Both the position numbers and the translations under genes were made by a program. A stretch of 64,000 nucleotides of DNA, taken from the NCBI GenBank assembly GCA_964561025.1, contig CAZLNM010000002.1:43235-107234 (forward strand), in the 5' to 3' direction. Numbering within the stretch: position 1 is the first letter of the stretch; each line of letters begins with the position of its first letter. The notes beneath the pieces were generated by a model. The model saw only the letters and a list, made by a program, of their open reading frames with translations, was not told where the DNA came from and made no database searches. Positions 47,727 to 57,023 of the stretch are shown here, piece by piece. The stretch is from an uncultured Myxococcales bacterium. Lineage in GTDB: Bacteria; Myxococcota; B64-G9.

Positions 47727-48899
47727 ATGGCGCGCGTGCCGGAAATCAGCGCCGAGCTGCTCGAGCGGGTGCGGGAGCTGCGCCGGGAGCTGCACCGCCA
47801 CCCCGAGCCGCATTTCGCCGAGCACCGCACCGCCGCCCGCGCGGCCGAGTGGTTGCGGCGGCTTGGGCTGCACGTGCGCGAAGGATTGGCCGGCACCGGC
47901 GTGGTGGGTTTGCTGGGAGAGGCCGGGCCGGTGGTGGCCCTGCGCGCGGACATGGACGGCTTGCCCATCGCCGAGCAGACGGGGCTGCCGTACGCCTCCC
48001 AGACGCCGGGTTGGATGCACGCCTGCGGCCACGACGGGCACGTGGCCGTGCTGCTGGGAGCGGCCGAGCTGCTGGCTCGGGCGGGGCCGCTCCCCGGGCG
48101 GGTGAAGTTCATCTTCCAGCCGGCCGAGGAGGAGGGCGGCGGCGCGCGGCGGCTGGTCGAGGCCGGGGCGTTGGCCGATCCCCCGGTGGAGGCGGTGTTC
48201 GCGCTCCACGCCAAGCCCTGCCTACCGGTCGGCAGCATCGAGGTCGAGGAGGTGCCGAACGCGGCCTGCGACGCCTTCGACGCGGCGATCGTTGGCCAGG
48301 GAGGCCACGCGGCCGGGCCGCACCTGGCCCTGGATCCGCTGCCGGCCGCCTGTCACCTGGTGGCGGCGCTGCACACGCTGGTGGGGCGGCGGGCGGCGCC
48401 TTTCGAGAAGGCGGTGGTCACGGTGGGTGCCCTGCGCGCCGGTGAGCGGCGCAACGTCATCCCCGAGCGGGCGGAGCTGCGGGGGACGCTGCGCACGCGC
48501 GATCCGGCGGTGCGCTCGCGACTGATGCAGGCGGTGGTGGCGTTGTGCCGCAAGATCCCGGAGGCCTTCGGGCTGCGCGCCGAGTTCTCCTGGGGCGAGA
48601 GCACGCCGCGGGTGAAGAACGACAGCCGCATGCTGGAGCGGGTGCGGCGGGTGGGCCGCGCCGTGCTCGGCGCGTCGGCGGTGCGCCAGGGCGCCGAGAA
48701 CTCCATGGGGGGCGAGGACTTCGCCTTCTTCCTGGCCGAACAGGGCGGGGTGCCCGGCTGCCTCTTCGGGTTGGGGACCGGCGGCACCGAGGGCCTGCAC
48801 AGCCCGCGCTTCGACTTTGGAGACGAGGCCCTGGCGGTGGGGATGCGCATGTTCGCCGGGCTGGTGCTGGACTGCCTGGAAACGCGGGAGGAGCGGTGA
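47727..48899 (+). CDS. M20 family amidohydrolase (N-acyl-amino-acid amidohydrolase / hippurate hydrolase-like)
   Basis: LHRHPE, ALRADMDGLPI, HACGHDGH, and FQPAEE motifs. Confidence 0.85.
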   Translation: MARVPEISAELLERVRELRRELHRHPEPHFAEHRTAARAAEWLRRLGLHVREGLAGTGVVGLLGEAGPVVALRADMDGLPIAEQTGLPYASQTPGWMHACGHDGHVAVLLGAAELLARAGPLPGRVKFIFQPAEEEGGGARRLVEAGALADPPVEAVFALHAKPCLPVGSIEVEEVPNAACDAFDAAIVGQGGHAAGPHLALDPLPAACHLVAALHTLVGRRAAPFEKAVVTVGALRAGERRNVIPERAELRGTLRTRDPAVRSRLMQAVVALCRKIPEAFGLRAEFSWGESTPRVKNDSRMLERVRRVGRAVLGASAVRQGAENSMGGEDFAFFLAEQGGVPGCLFGLGTGGTEGLHSPRFDFGDEALAVGMRMFAGLVLDCLETREER

Positions 48900-50077
48900 A
48901 GCGGTCGACGATCCTGGGTGGAGCCGCCGGTTCGTGCCTGGCGATCCTGCTGGCCGCGGGCGGCGCCGGCTGCCCCAAGCGGTACTCGGGCGACATCGAC
49001 GTGGACGAGGTGCAGGGTTGCGTCGGACGCATCGAGTCGCACCTGCGCGCCATGCGGGCCGAGCTCAAGAAGAAGGATCTGGAGCGGGCGGCCAAGGAGT
49101 ACACCGAAGGCCGGGAAACCTTCGACGACAACCGGGCCATGCTCTCCGCCTACCCGGAGCTGGGCGAGCTCTCGGCCTCGCTGGAGGAGGCCGCCTCGCT
49201 GCTGTGCTACGAGTCGGTGAGCATCCTGCTGGAGCGGTTCTTCGAGACGGTGCGCGCGCGCGAACCGCGCGAGGCCGAGCGCCGCCTGGAGGAGGCCCAG
49301 TCCCAGTTCGGCCGCTGCCAGCCGATGCTCGAGAAGCGCGACGACTTCACCGCGCTCAAGGTCAACCTCGACACGGCGCCGCAGGCGCTCTCGGAGTTGC
49401 GGCACCTGCTCGATCGCCCGGCGCGGCTGGAGCGCATCCAGGCGCTGCGCCAAGAGCTCGAGCCGCGCCGCAGCGCCCTGGCGAAGCAGCTCCAGGCCCT
49501 GGAGGCGAAACCGCGCGACGCGGCGGCGCAGGCCGAGGTGGAGAAAGGGCTCGCCGCGCTGAAGGAGGCCCTGGCGGTGCAGGGCGATTTTCGCGACGAG
49601 CCGGAGTGGAAGGCGCTGTCGGAGGAAGTCGCGCGGGAGCAGGCCGCCGCGGCCGAGCGCCTGGCCAAGGCGGCGCGGCGCGCCCGGGTCCTGGAGCTCA
49701 CCGAGGAGGCCCTCCCCATGGCGGTGCGGCAGGCGTCGCTGGCCGCAGCCCAGCGCGATCCGGCCCAGGCGTCCCGCCTGATCGCCCCGGTGGCGGAGAC
49801 GTACCGGCGCTGTCAGGAGACCCTGGACCAGGCGCTGCGCGAGGAGCCGGCCCTGGCCAAGGTCCCCATCTCCCTGCAGGGACAGAAACAGGCCGTCGAC
49901 TGGCTGGCGCGCCACTGCGCCTCGGAGGCGAAGCGCGCCGAGAAGTTGCTCCAGCGCCTGACCGGGAAGAAGGTCACGCCGGCCCCGGTCAAGGTGGAGG
50001 CCGAGGAGCCGGCGGCGAAGCCCAAACCCGAGAAGCCAGCGCCGAAGGGCAAGAAACGCCGGGTCCGCCGCTGGTAG
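48896..50077 (+). CDS. Helical/coiled-coil lipoprotein with Lys/Arg-rich C-terminal tail
   Basis: GTG 48896 overlaps the M20 gene stop (GTGA) and follows GGGAGGAG. Lipobox LLAAGGAGC. Tail KPKPEKPAPKGKKRRVRRW. Confidence 0.6.
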   Translation: MKRSTILGGAAGSCLAILLAAGGAGCPKRYSGDIDVDEVQGCVGRIESHLRAMRAELKKKDLERAAKEYTEGRETFDDNRAMLSAYPELGELSASLEEAASLLCYESVSILLERFFETVRAREPREAERRLEEAQSQFGRCQPMLEKRDDFTALKVNLDTAPQALSELRHLLDRPARLERIQALRQELEPRRSALAKQLQALEAKPRDAAAQAEVEKGLAALKEALAVQGDFRDEPEWKALSEEVAREQAAAAERLAKAARRARVLELTEEALPMAVRQASLAAAQRDPAQASRLIAPVAETYRRCQETLDQALREEPALAKVPISLQGQKQAVDWLARHCASEAKRAEKLLQRLTGKKVTPAPVKVEAEEPAAKPKPEKPAPKGKKRRVRRW

Positions 50078-50081
50078 GCCG

Positions 50082-51377
50082 CTACCCCTGGGTGTCCTCG
50101 CCGTCGAAGGCGGCCTGGATGGTGAAACGCGAGCGCCCCACCACCAGCACGTCGCGCGGCCGCAGCAAGGACTCCTTCACCCGCCGCCCGTTGAGTTGAA
50201 CCGCCCCGCCGGTGCAGCGCAGGCGGAACACGCCCGGTCCCTCCTCCAGGATCAGCGCGTGGAACGGGCGCACCCGCCAGCCGCGGGCCTGCACGTCGGC
50301 GCCGGCGGAGCGTCCGATGGAGAGCTGACGGGTGAGCGGGATCGAGACCCCGTCGCCGACCAGGCGCACCTCGCCCGCCGCCCGGGGCATCAGGTGCATG
50401 GTGGCGTCGGGGGAGACGGTGTCCGCGGCCTCCGCCAACGACAGCTCGAACTTGCCCACCCCCACCCGATCGTTCTTGTCGAGCGGGGCGCGCTGGACTG
50501 GCTCGCCGTTGCGCGTGGTGCCGTTGGCCGAACCCAGGTCCTCGATCATGAAGCGGCCCTTCTCCCAGCAGATGCGGGCGTGCCGGCGGCTCACCGACAG
50601 GTTGTCGAGAGGGATCTCGCACACCGGATCGCGGCCCACCGTCATGGCCGGCGGCATGAACGGCCGCTGCAGCACCACCCGGCCCCCCAGCCGCACCAGC
50701 ACCGTGGCCGGCGGGGGCGGCCGGGCGGCCTCGGCCAGCAACGACAGCGAGGTCCCGGCGTCGGGGTCGGGCGCGATGTTGAGGCTCTTCCACACCTCCA
50801 CCCGGCCGGGCGGCGCCGCGGGATCGTACACGTGGGCCAGGAAGCGATCCGTCACCGCGCCCTGGGCCGGGGCGCTGGCCGGATCCGCGAAGTACACCCG
50901 GGCCGGCTGGCCCTTCTGCAAGAACAGCAGCGTGCGGGCGCCGGCGCGCTCCAGCGCCAGCGCGGCGTCCTGGCCCTCGCGCTCCAGCACCGACAGCACG
51001 TGCGCCAGGTCGAGGAGCTCGGTGGTGGCCTGCACCTCCGGCCGGGAGCGGAAGTGGACGGCCGCCAGCAGGACCTGGACCGGGTCGGTGCGTTGCAGCG
51101 TACACACGGCGCCCAACATCTGCCGCGCCCGCACCGGGAAGTCCTTGAGCCACACCGGGGAGAAGACGTCCTCCTCTTGCAGGCCCGCCAGGTGGGGGAG
51201 CGAGCGGTGCACCAGGCAGGTGAGCCGTTTCTCCTCGGTCTCGATCTCCAGGCGGCCCTCCGGGCAGTACCCCTGGGCCAACAAGCGGTCCACTTCAGAA
51301 AAGAGGCTCTCGCCGAAGGGCCGTCCGGCCAGCACGATCTCGCCGGGAGGAAAGCGCGCCACTCGCATGCCGCGCAT
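50082..51377 (-). CDS. Protein with two C-terminal FHA domains
   Basis: GRDPVCEIPLDNLSVSRRHARI...GSANGTTRNG and a second degenerate FHA (SIGRSAGADV...LNGRRV). Start is uncertain (51377 or 51368). Confidence 0.7.
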   Translation of the reverse strand: MRGMRVARFPPGEIVLAGRPFGESLFSEVDRLLAQGYCPEGRLEIETEEKRLTCLVHRSLPHLAGLQEEDVFSPVWLKDFPVRARQMLGAVCTLQRTDPVQVLLAAVHFRSRPEVQATTELLDLAHVLSVLEREGQDAALALERAGARTLLFLQKGQPARVYFADPASAPAQGAVTDRFLAHVYDPAAPPGRVEVWKSLNIAPDPDAGTSLSLLAEAARPPPPATVLVRLGGRVVLQRPFMPPAMTVGRDPVCEIPLDNLSVSRRHARICWEKGRFMIEDLGSANGTTRNGEPVQRAPLDKNDRVGVGKFELSLAEAADTVSPDATMHLMPRAAGEVRLVGDGVSIPLTRQLSIGRSAGADVQARGWRVRPFHALILEEGPGVFRLRCTGGAVQLNGRRVKESLLRPRDVLVVGRSRFTIQAAFDGEDTQG

Positions 51378-51469
51378 GATGGAGAAGAGCCGAAAAAAAG
51401 GCAAGAGCCCTGAAGGGGATTGTGGCCGGCCCCGGCATCTGCTACACGTCTTGTCTCGCGGGGTGAACG

Positions 51470-53203
51470 GTGAGCGCACCTGCCATTGCACAAGCGATTG
51501 CCGGGTCCGGCGGCGCGTCGAGCCAGCGTCGGCGGAGGTTGTTTTTGTCCGCCGCCCTGGTGCTGGTCATCTCCAGCAGCGCGTGGGTGGTGGGCCAGCT
51601 CTGGTACGGCAACCTCGGCGTGGCGCTGTTCTTCGCGGCGGTGTCGGGGCTGGCGATCGTGCTGCTCCGTTTTCGGGAGCGGCTGGGGCTGGACCGGACC
51701 GGCTTTCTGCTAACGGCCATGCTGCTCCTGGTCATCGGCGCAGGCGCGGTGGTCGGCGGCGGCCTGGCCGGGACGAACGCCTGCCTGTTCATCACCATCC
51801 CGGTGGGCGCGCTCAGCATGTGCGAGCGGCGCGGCCTGTGGTGGGTGCTGCCGACCTTGCTGTGCGTGGGCGGGATGGTCCTCCTCCATCGGAGTGGCTT
51901 CGTGTTCCCCAACCTCATCCCGCCGGAGCAGCGCGCGCTGGACGCGGCGCTCACCTGGGTCACCAGCCTGCTGGTCATCGCCTTCTTGGCCTGGACCTAC
52001 GAGCGGACCTACCTGCGCGCGGGCCGTGAGCTTCGCGCGGCGCGCGAGGCGGCCGAGCGGGCGGCGAGCGCCAAGGCGGAGTTCGCCGCCCGGGTGAGCC
52101 ACGAGGTGCGCACGCCCCTGCACTCGCTGCTGGGGTTGATGGAGATGATGGAGACAGAGGACGATCCCGCCACCCGGGAGGCTCAGGCCACCCAGGCCCA
52201 GACGACCTCGCGCATGCTCCTTCACATCCTGGAAGACCTGCTGGACCTGTCGCGGGCGGAGTCCGGCGCGATCGAACTGCGCCGGGAGCCGTTCTCGCCG
52301 GCGCGTACTGTGGAACAAGTGCTCGAGGTCCTGTCCGCCCGGGCCGCCGATCGGGGGAACCGGCTGCTGGGGCACGTGGCGCCGGAGGTGCCGGCCTGGG
52401 TGCGGGGGGACGGTGGCCGGCTGCAGCAGGTGTTGCTCAACCTGGTGGGAAACTCCCTCAAGTTCACCGAGAACGGCCGGGTGGAGATCCGGGTCGAGCG
52501 GGACGGGGCGGACGCCGCAGGCGAGCGGCTGCGCTTCGAGGTTCAAGACAGCGGCGTGGGAATCGAGCAGGACGAGCTCGCCAAGGTCTTTCTCCCGTAC
52601 TACCAGGCCGGGCCGGAGGCGAGCCGCCGGCAAGGGGCCGGCCTGGGCCTGGCCATCAGCCAACGTCTGGTGGAGGCGATGGGCGGACGGCTGCGAGCCG
52701 AGTCCGAGCCGGGCCGCGGCAGCCGCTTCTACTTCTCCTTGACCTTCCCGCCGCTGGCGCGGCCGCCCGAGCCGCCGCTGCCTGGGGTGGCACCGGTCGA
52801 TTCGGATCTGGCCGGGATGCGAGTGCTCTTGGCCGAGGACGACGAGACCAACCGCCGGCTCACCGTGCTCATACTGGAGCGCCTGGGGTGCCGGGTCACC
52901 GCGGTGGGCGACGGGAAGACGGCCGTGGAGGCGCTCCAGCGCGACGCCTTCGACGTTGTGCTCATGGACATCCAGATGCCCGTCATGGACGGCGCCGACG
53001 CCACCCGGCGCATGCGCGAGCTTCTGGCGAGCGGCGCGATATCCCGCCTGCCGCCCGTGGTGGCCATGACCGCCTACACCGCGTACACGGACGAGTCGCT
53101 ACGGGAGCGGCTGGGGATGGCCGGCGTGCTGGTCAAGCCGTTCCAGGGCACGGACCTGCACAAGGTGTTGCTCCGCTTTCGGCCCGGCGGAGGCGCGGCA
53201 TGA
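51470..53203 (+). CDS. Membrane hybrid sensor histidine kinase / response regulator
   Basis: Multi-TM N-terminus. H-box VSHEVRTPLHSLLG. HATPase_c (NLVGNSLKFT, DSGVGI, GAGLGLAIS). Receiver (VLLAEDDETN...LMDIQMPVMDG...VKPF). Confidence 0.85.
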   Translation: MSAPAIAQAIAGSGGASSQRRRRLFLSAALVLVISSSAWVVGQLWYGNLGVALFFAAVSGLAIVLLRFRERLGLDRTGFLLTAMLLLVIGAGAVVGGGLAGTNACLFITIPVGALSMCERRGLWWVLPTLLCVGGMVLLHRSGFVFPNLIPPEQRALDAALTWVTSLLVIAFLAWTYERTYLRAGRELRAAREAAERAASAKAEFAARVSHEVRTPLHSLLGLMEMMETEDDPATREAQATQAQTTSRMLLHILEDLLDLSRAESGAIELRREPFSPARTVEQVLEVLSARAADRGNRLLGHVAPEVPAWVRGDGGRLQQVLLNLVGNSLKFTENGRVEIRVERDGADAAGERLRFEVQDSGVGIEQDELAKVFLPYYQAGPEASRRQGAGLGLAISQRLVEAMGGRLRAESEPGRGSRFYFSLTFPPLARPPEPPLPGVAPVDSDLAGMRVLLAEDDETNRRLTVLILERLGCRVTAVGDGKTAVEALQRDAFDVVLMDIQMPVMDGADATRRMRELLASGAISRLPPVVAMTAYTAYTDESLRERLGMAGVLVKPFQGTDLHKVLLRFRPGGGAA

Positions 53204-54519
53204 GCGGGTCTGTGCAGGTCCGCCACCGGCGCCTCTCGGCGGTGTTCGAGCGCATCGACGGCTTTCTGTCGCTCTCGGAGCGCGACCTGGACATCGAGTC
53301 GCGCCGGCGCGTGCGCCTGCTGAACTGGGGGGGCGCGGTCCTGGCCACGCTGCTTCTGTTCTGGCTGGTCAACCAGATCGCCTACACCGCCTGGACCCTG
53401 GCCGCCTGGCAGGGCGGTTTGCTGCTGGCGACCATCGGCCTGATGGCGGCGGTGCGCCGGGCCGCGCGGTTTTCACTGTGGGCCCACCTCATGTGCCTTA
53501 CGATGGTGGGCGCGGCCTTCAGCGCGGCGATGTACTCCGGCGGGCTCACCGCGGCCAACCTTTCTCTTCTGTTGGCCGTGCCGGTGTGCGCGGTGGTGCT
53601 GGCGGGGGCCGGCGGCCTGTGGTGGACCCTGGTGATGGTGGGAGGAGTGGCCTGGATGGGGTATGCCGAGGCGCACGGCGCGACCTTCCCCTATCTGACC
53701 CCGGAGGAATGGCGCCCGTTCGACGCCGTCATGACCTGGCTCACCTCGTTCGTCGGCATCACGCTGGTGTTCGCCTACAACCACGCCGCTTGCGCCCGGG
53801 CGGAGCGGGATCAGGAGGCGGCCCTGGCCGAGGCCCGCGCGGTGTCGGAGAGCAAGACCCGCTTCCTGTCCTCTCTCAACCGCGAGATCCGCGAGCCGTT
53901 GCACCACATCCTGGGGATCATGGTGCTGCTCAAAGAAGAGCCCTCGACGGAGCGGCGCCGCGAGCTGGGCCAGGAGGCGCGCCGCATCGGGCAGGCCCTG
54001 GTGGCCGGCGTGGAGGAGATCCTGCGGCTGGCCCGGGACGAGCACCTGCTCGAGATCCAGCGCGAGCGCCTGGCCGGTGTCCCGCGGTTGGAAGGCGCCT
54101 CTCCCGCCGCGAGCGCCCCGGGGTTGCGAGAGCCGACGCGGGTTCTGGTGGCGGAGGACGATCCGGTCGGCCGGCGCTTGCTGGCGCGCATCCTCACCGA
54201 CCTGGGTTGCGAGGTGGTGGAGGCGAGCGACGGCCAGGCGGCGCTGCGGGCCCTGCGCGATGGTGGGTTCGACCTGGCCCTGGTGGACTGCGGGTTGCCG
54301 GAGATGGATGGCCTGACCCTGGCGCGCGAGCTGCGGCGGTCCGAGGTCGGGGCCTCGGCCGAGCGCGTCGAGCTGTTCGGAATGTCGGCGGAGCGCGGTC
54401 CGCAGCAAGAGGCCGCCTGCCGCGAGGCGGGCATGGACGGGTTCTTGCCCAAGCCGTTCGGACGGCGGGAGATCGAGGCGTTGTTGAATCGCGCAAGGCA
54501 AGGCGCGATCCCGGGTTGA
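53200..54519 (+). CDS. Paralogous multi-TM sensor module + His-less DHp-like helix + receiver domain (no ATPase domain)
   Basis: The ATG overlaps the upstream TGA (ATGA). The TM region shares GGLWW.L, P.L.PE and DA..TW.TS blocks with 51470-53203. The H-box position reads LNREIREPL (Arg in place of His). Followed directly by receiver VLVAEDDP...LVDCGLPEMDG...PKPF. Confidence 0.75.
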   Translation: MSGSVQVRHRRLSAVFERIDGFLSLSERDLDIESRRRVRLLNWGGAVLATLLLFWLVNQIAYTAWTLAAWQGGLLLATIGLMAAVRRAARFSLWAHLMCLTMVGAAFSAAMYSGGLTAANLSLLLAVPVCAVVLAGAGGLWWTLVMVGGVAWMGYAEAHGATFPYLTPEEWRPFDAVMTWLTSFVGITLVFAYNHAACARAERDQEAALAEARAVSESKTRFLSSLNREIREPLHHILGIMVLLKEEPSTERRRELGQEARRIGQALVAGVEEILRLARDEHLLEIQRERLAGVPRLEGASPAASAPGLREPTRVLVAEDDPVGRRLLARILTDLGCEVVEASDGQAALRALRDGGFDLALVDCGLPEMDGLTLARELRRSEVGASAERVELFGMSAERGPQQEAACREAGMDGFLPKPFGRREIEALLNRARQGAIPG

Positions 54520-54569
54520 TTCCGGCCCGCGCCTCGGAGATATTGGCGACCCGGGGGATGGGAGGTCAC

Positions 54570-55790
54570 ATGGAACTTTCGTTCTTGTCCTCGTTGGTGG
54601 TGGAGAACGCCAGCAAGGTGGTGCTGGTGGTCCTGGACGGGTTGGGCGACCTGCCCGGGCCCGAGGGAAAGACCGCCCTGGAGGCGGCCGCGACTCCCAA
54701 CCTCGACCGGCTGGCCGAGGAAGGCGTGTGCGGCTTCCACGATCCGGTGGCGCCGGGCATCACCCCGGGCTCCGGCCCGGCCCACATCGCCCTGTTCGGT
54801 TACGATCCGCTGCGCTTCACCATCGGCCGGGGGGTGCTGGACACCGCCGGCACCGCCTTCGAGTTCGCCGCCGGAGACCTGGCCGCGCGCATCAACTACG
54901 CCACCATCGGCCCGGACGGTCTCATCCGCGATCGGCGGGCGGGCCGGATCGCGGACGCCGAAGGCCTGCGGGTCACCGAGCGCCTGGCCCGCGCCATCCG
55001 CGACATCGACGGGGTCCGGGTGCTGTTCCAGCACGTCAAGGAGTACCGCGCCGCCGCGGTGCTCCGCGGGGCCGAGCTGGAGGCCGGGCTCAAGGACAGC
55101 GATCCGCAGAAGGAGGGGCTGCCGCCGCTCCCGGTCGAGCCCGTTGCGGCCGAGCCCTCGCCCAAGGCGCTGCGCGCCGCGCGCCTGGCCAACGCCCTCA
55201 TCGAACGCGCCCGGACCGTCCTGGCCGATGAGCCCGCCGCCAACTTCGTGATGCTGCGCGGCTTCGATCTCTACGTGCCGCTGCCGGACTTCTGCAAGCT
55301 GTACCGCTGGCGGGCCGCGGCCGTGGCCGCCTACCCCATGTACAAGGGGGTGGCGCGGCTGGCCGGCATGCGCGTGGTGGAGGAGGGCCAGAGCACCCTG
55401 GAGCAGGAAATCGCGCTGGTGGAGCGGGAGCTTCCCCGGACCGACTTCTTGTTTTTGCACGTCAAGAAGACCGACTCCGCCGGCGAGGACGGCAACTTCG
55501 CCGCCAAGGTCAAGGTGCTCGAGGAGTTCGACCGGCTGGTGCCGCGCCTTGTCGCGCTGCGGCCCGAGGTGCTGTGCGTGACCGGCGATCACTCCACACC
55601 CTGCGCCATGCGCAGCCACTCCTTCCACCCGGTGCCGCTGCTCATCCGGGGCCAGAACGTGCGGCGCGATGGGGCGCGGGCCTTCTCCGAGAGCGCCTGC
55701 CTCGGGGGCGGGCTGGGACGCATCCGCGCCAGCGAGCTCATGGCGCTGCTGCTGGCCCACGCCGGCCGGCTGGCCAAGTTCGGGGCCTGA
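54570..55790 (+). CDS. apgM: Cofactor-independent phosphoglycerate mutase, archaeal-type (ApgM family)
   Basis: Start trimmed to ATG 54570 (GGGAGGTCAC SD). VVLDGLGD, PGSGPAH, HVKKTDSAGEDGN, and TGDHSTP motifs. Confidence 0.85.
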   Translation: MELSFLSSLVVENASKVVLVVLDGLGDLPGPEGKTALEAAATPNLDRLAEEGVCGFHDPVAPGITPGSGPAHIALFGYDPLRFTIGRGVLDTAGTAFEFAAGDLAARINYATIGPDGLIRDRRAGRIADAEGLRVTERLARAIRDIDGVRVLFQHVKEYRAAAVLRGAELEAGLKDSDPQKEGLPPLPVEPVAAEPSPKALRAARLANALIERARTVLADEPAANFVMLRGFDLYVPLPDFCKLYRWRAAAVAAYPMYKGVARLAGMRVVEEGQSTLEQEIALVERELPRTDFLFLHVKKTDSAGEDGNFAAKVKVLEEFDRLVPRLVALRPEVLCVTGDHSTPCAMRSHSFHPVPLLIRGQNVRRDGARAFSESACLGGGLGRIRASELMALLLAHAGRLAKFGA

Positions 55791-55826
55791 ATTCCTTTGC
55801 CATCGGTGGCGCGGGGTGTTATCTTC

Positions 55827-55847
55827 GCCCTCCGGTACCGGAGAGGC
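55827..55847 (+). promoter_or_regulatory. 5'-UTR hairpin sequestering the hsp20 Shine-Dalgarno sequence (possible RNA thermometer)
   Basis: gccCTCCGGtaCCGGAGaGGc: 6 + 3 bp with a one-A bulge. The 3' arm is the GGAGAGG SD, 6-9 nt before ATG 55853. Confidence 0.45.
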
Positions 55848-55852
55848 GACCC

Positions 55853-56299
55853 ATGGCCAGCATTCCCAAGGAATCGATCGAGCGGCTGCTGTTCTTGCGG
55901 CGCGAGATGGACCGCTTGTTTCGGGATTTCTTCCACGCCGACTCTGACGAGGGCGCGGCGGTGGACCTGGCCGCCGACATTCCGGTGGACGTGTTCGAGA
56001 CCCCGGAGGAGATCGTCATCGAGGTCGAGCTGCCCGGCCTGCGGCGCGAGGACCTGGAGCTGTCGGTCCTGCGTGACATCCTGATCATCGAGGGGCGGAA
56101 ACCGCGGCCGCAGCCGCCCTCGGATTCCCGCTACCTGTGCATGGAGCGCTCCTATGGCGCCTTCCGCCGGGTGGTGGAGCTGCCCGGGGCCGGGGACATG
56201 CAGCACCTCAAGGCGCGTTTCCAGGCCGGCGTGCTCACGGTGCGCCTGCCGCGCATCCGCGAGCGCCGCGGCCAGAAACGCAAGGTGGCCATCGAGTGA
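55853..56299 (+). CDS. Hsp20 / alpha-crystallin family small heat-shock protein
   Basis: Start trimmed to ATG 55853. VDVFETPEEIVIEVELPGLRREDLELSV, ERSYGAFRRVVELP, and GVLTVRLPR. Confidence 0.9.
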   Translation: MASIPKESIERLLFLRREMDRLFRDFFHADSDEGAAVDLAADIPVDVFETPEEIVIEVELPGLRREDLELSVLRDILIIEGRKPRPQPPSDSRYLCMERSYGAFRRVVELPGAGDMQHLKARFQAGVLTVRLPRIRERRGQKRKVAIE

Positions 56300-56327
56300 C
56301 CCGGCGGCGTCCGGGCGGGATCGGGCC

Positions 56328-57023
56328 ATGGTCCAGATCAACCTCGAGCAGCGGGAAATCACCCTCAAGATCGTCTACTACGGCCCCGCCCTGTCGGGGA
56401 AGACCACCAACCTGCAGGCCATCCACCAGCTGATGGACCCCTCGGTGCGCGGGCGGTTGATGGTGCTGGACACCTCCGACGACCGCACTCTGTTCTTCGA
56501 CCTGATGCCGGTGTTCTTCCGCAGCCGCTCCGGCTTCTCGGTCAAGGTCAAGCTGTTCACCGCCCCCGGGCAGGTCATGCACAACTCCACACGGCGGGTG
56601 GTGCTGCAGGCCGCGGACGGGATCGTGTTCGTGGCCGACTCCCAGCGCTCCATGACGCGGGCCAACAACGACTCCTGGCGCGACATGGCCCACAACCTCA
56701 AACAGAACGGGCTGAACGTGCAGGAGCTGCCGGTGGTCATCCAGTTCAACAAGCGCGATCTTCCCGACGTGCGCTCGGACGAGGAGATCGACGAGGTGGC
56801 CCGGCGCGGCCGGGAGCCGGTGTTCAAGGCGGTGGCCATCCGGGGCGAGGGGGTGATGGAGACCCTGGCCGGCTTGCTGCGCTTCACCTGGCGCACCCTG
56901 GACGCCCGGCACGGCCTCTCGAGCAAGCTGCACATCGAGGAGGAGGAGTTCATCACCAGCCTGCTGCGCCTGTCGCCCGCTGCGGGCCTGGCGGCTCCGG
57001 CCCCGGGGAGGTCCGCGCCATGA
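56328..57023 (+). CDS. MglA-family Ras-like small GTPase (paralogue, with a C-terminal extension of about 35 aa)
   Basis: INLEQREITLKIVYYGPALSGKTTNLQ (P-loop), DDRTLFFD (switch I Arg), TAPGQV (switch II Gln), and QFNKRDL (G4). Aligns colinearly with M. xanthus MglA from residue 1. Confidence 0.85.
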   Translation: MVQINLEQREITLKIVYYGPALSGKTTNLQAIHQLMDPSVRGRLMVLDTSDDRTLFFDLMPVFFRSRSGFSVKVKLFTAPGQVMHNSTRRVVLQAADGIVFVADSQRSMTRANNDSWRDMAHNLKQNGLNVQELPVVIQFNKRDLPDVRSDEEIDEVARRGREPVFKAVAIRGEGVMETLAGLLRFTWRTLDARHGLSSKLHIEEEEFITSLLRLSPAAGLAAPAPGRSAP

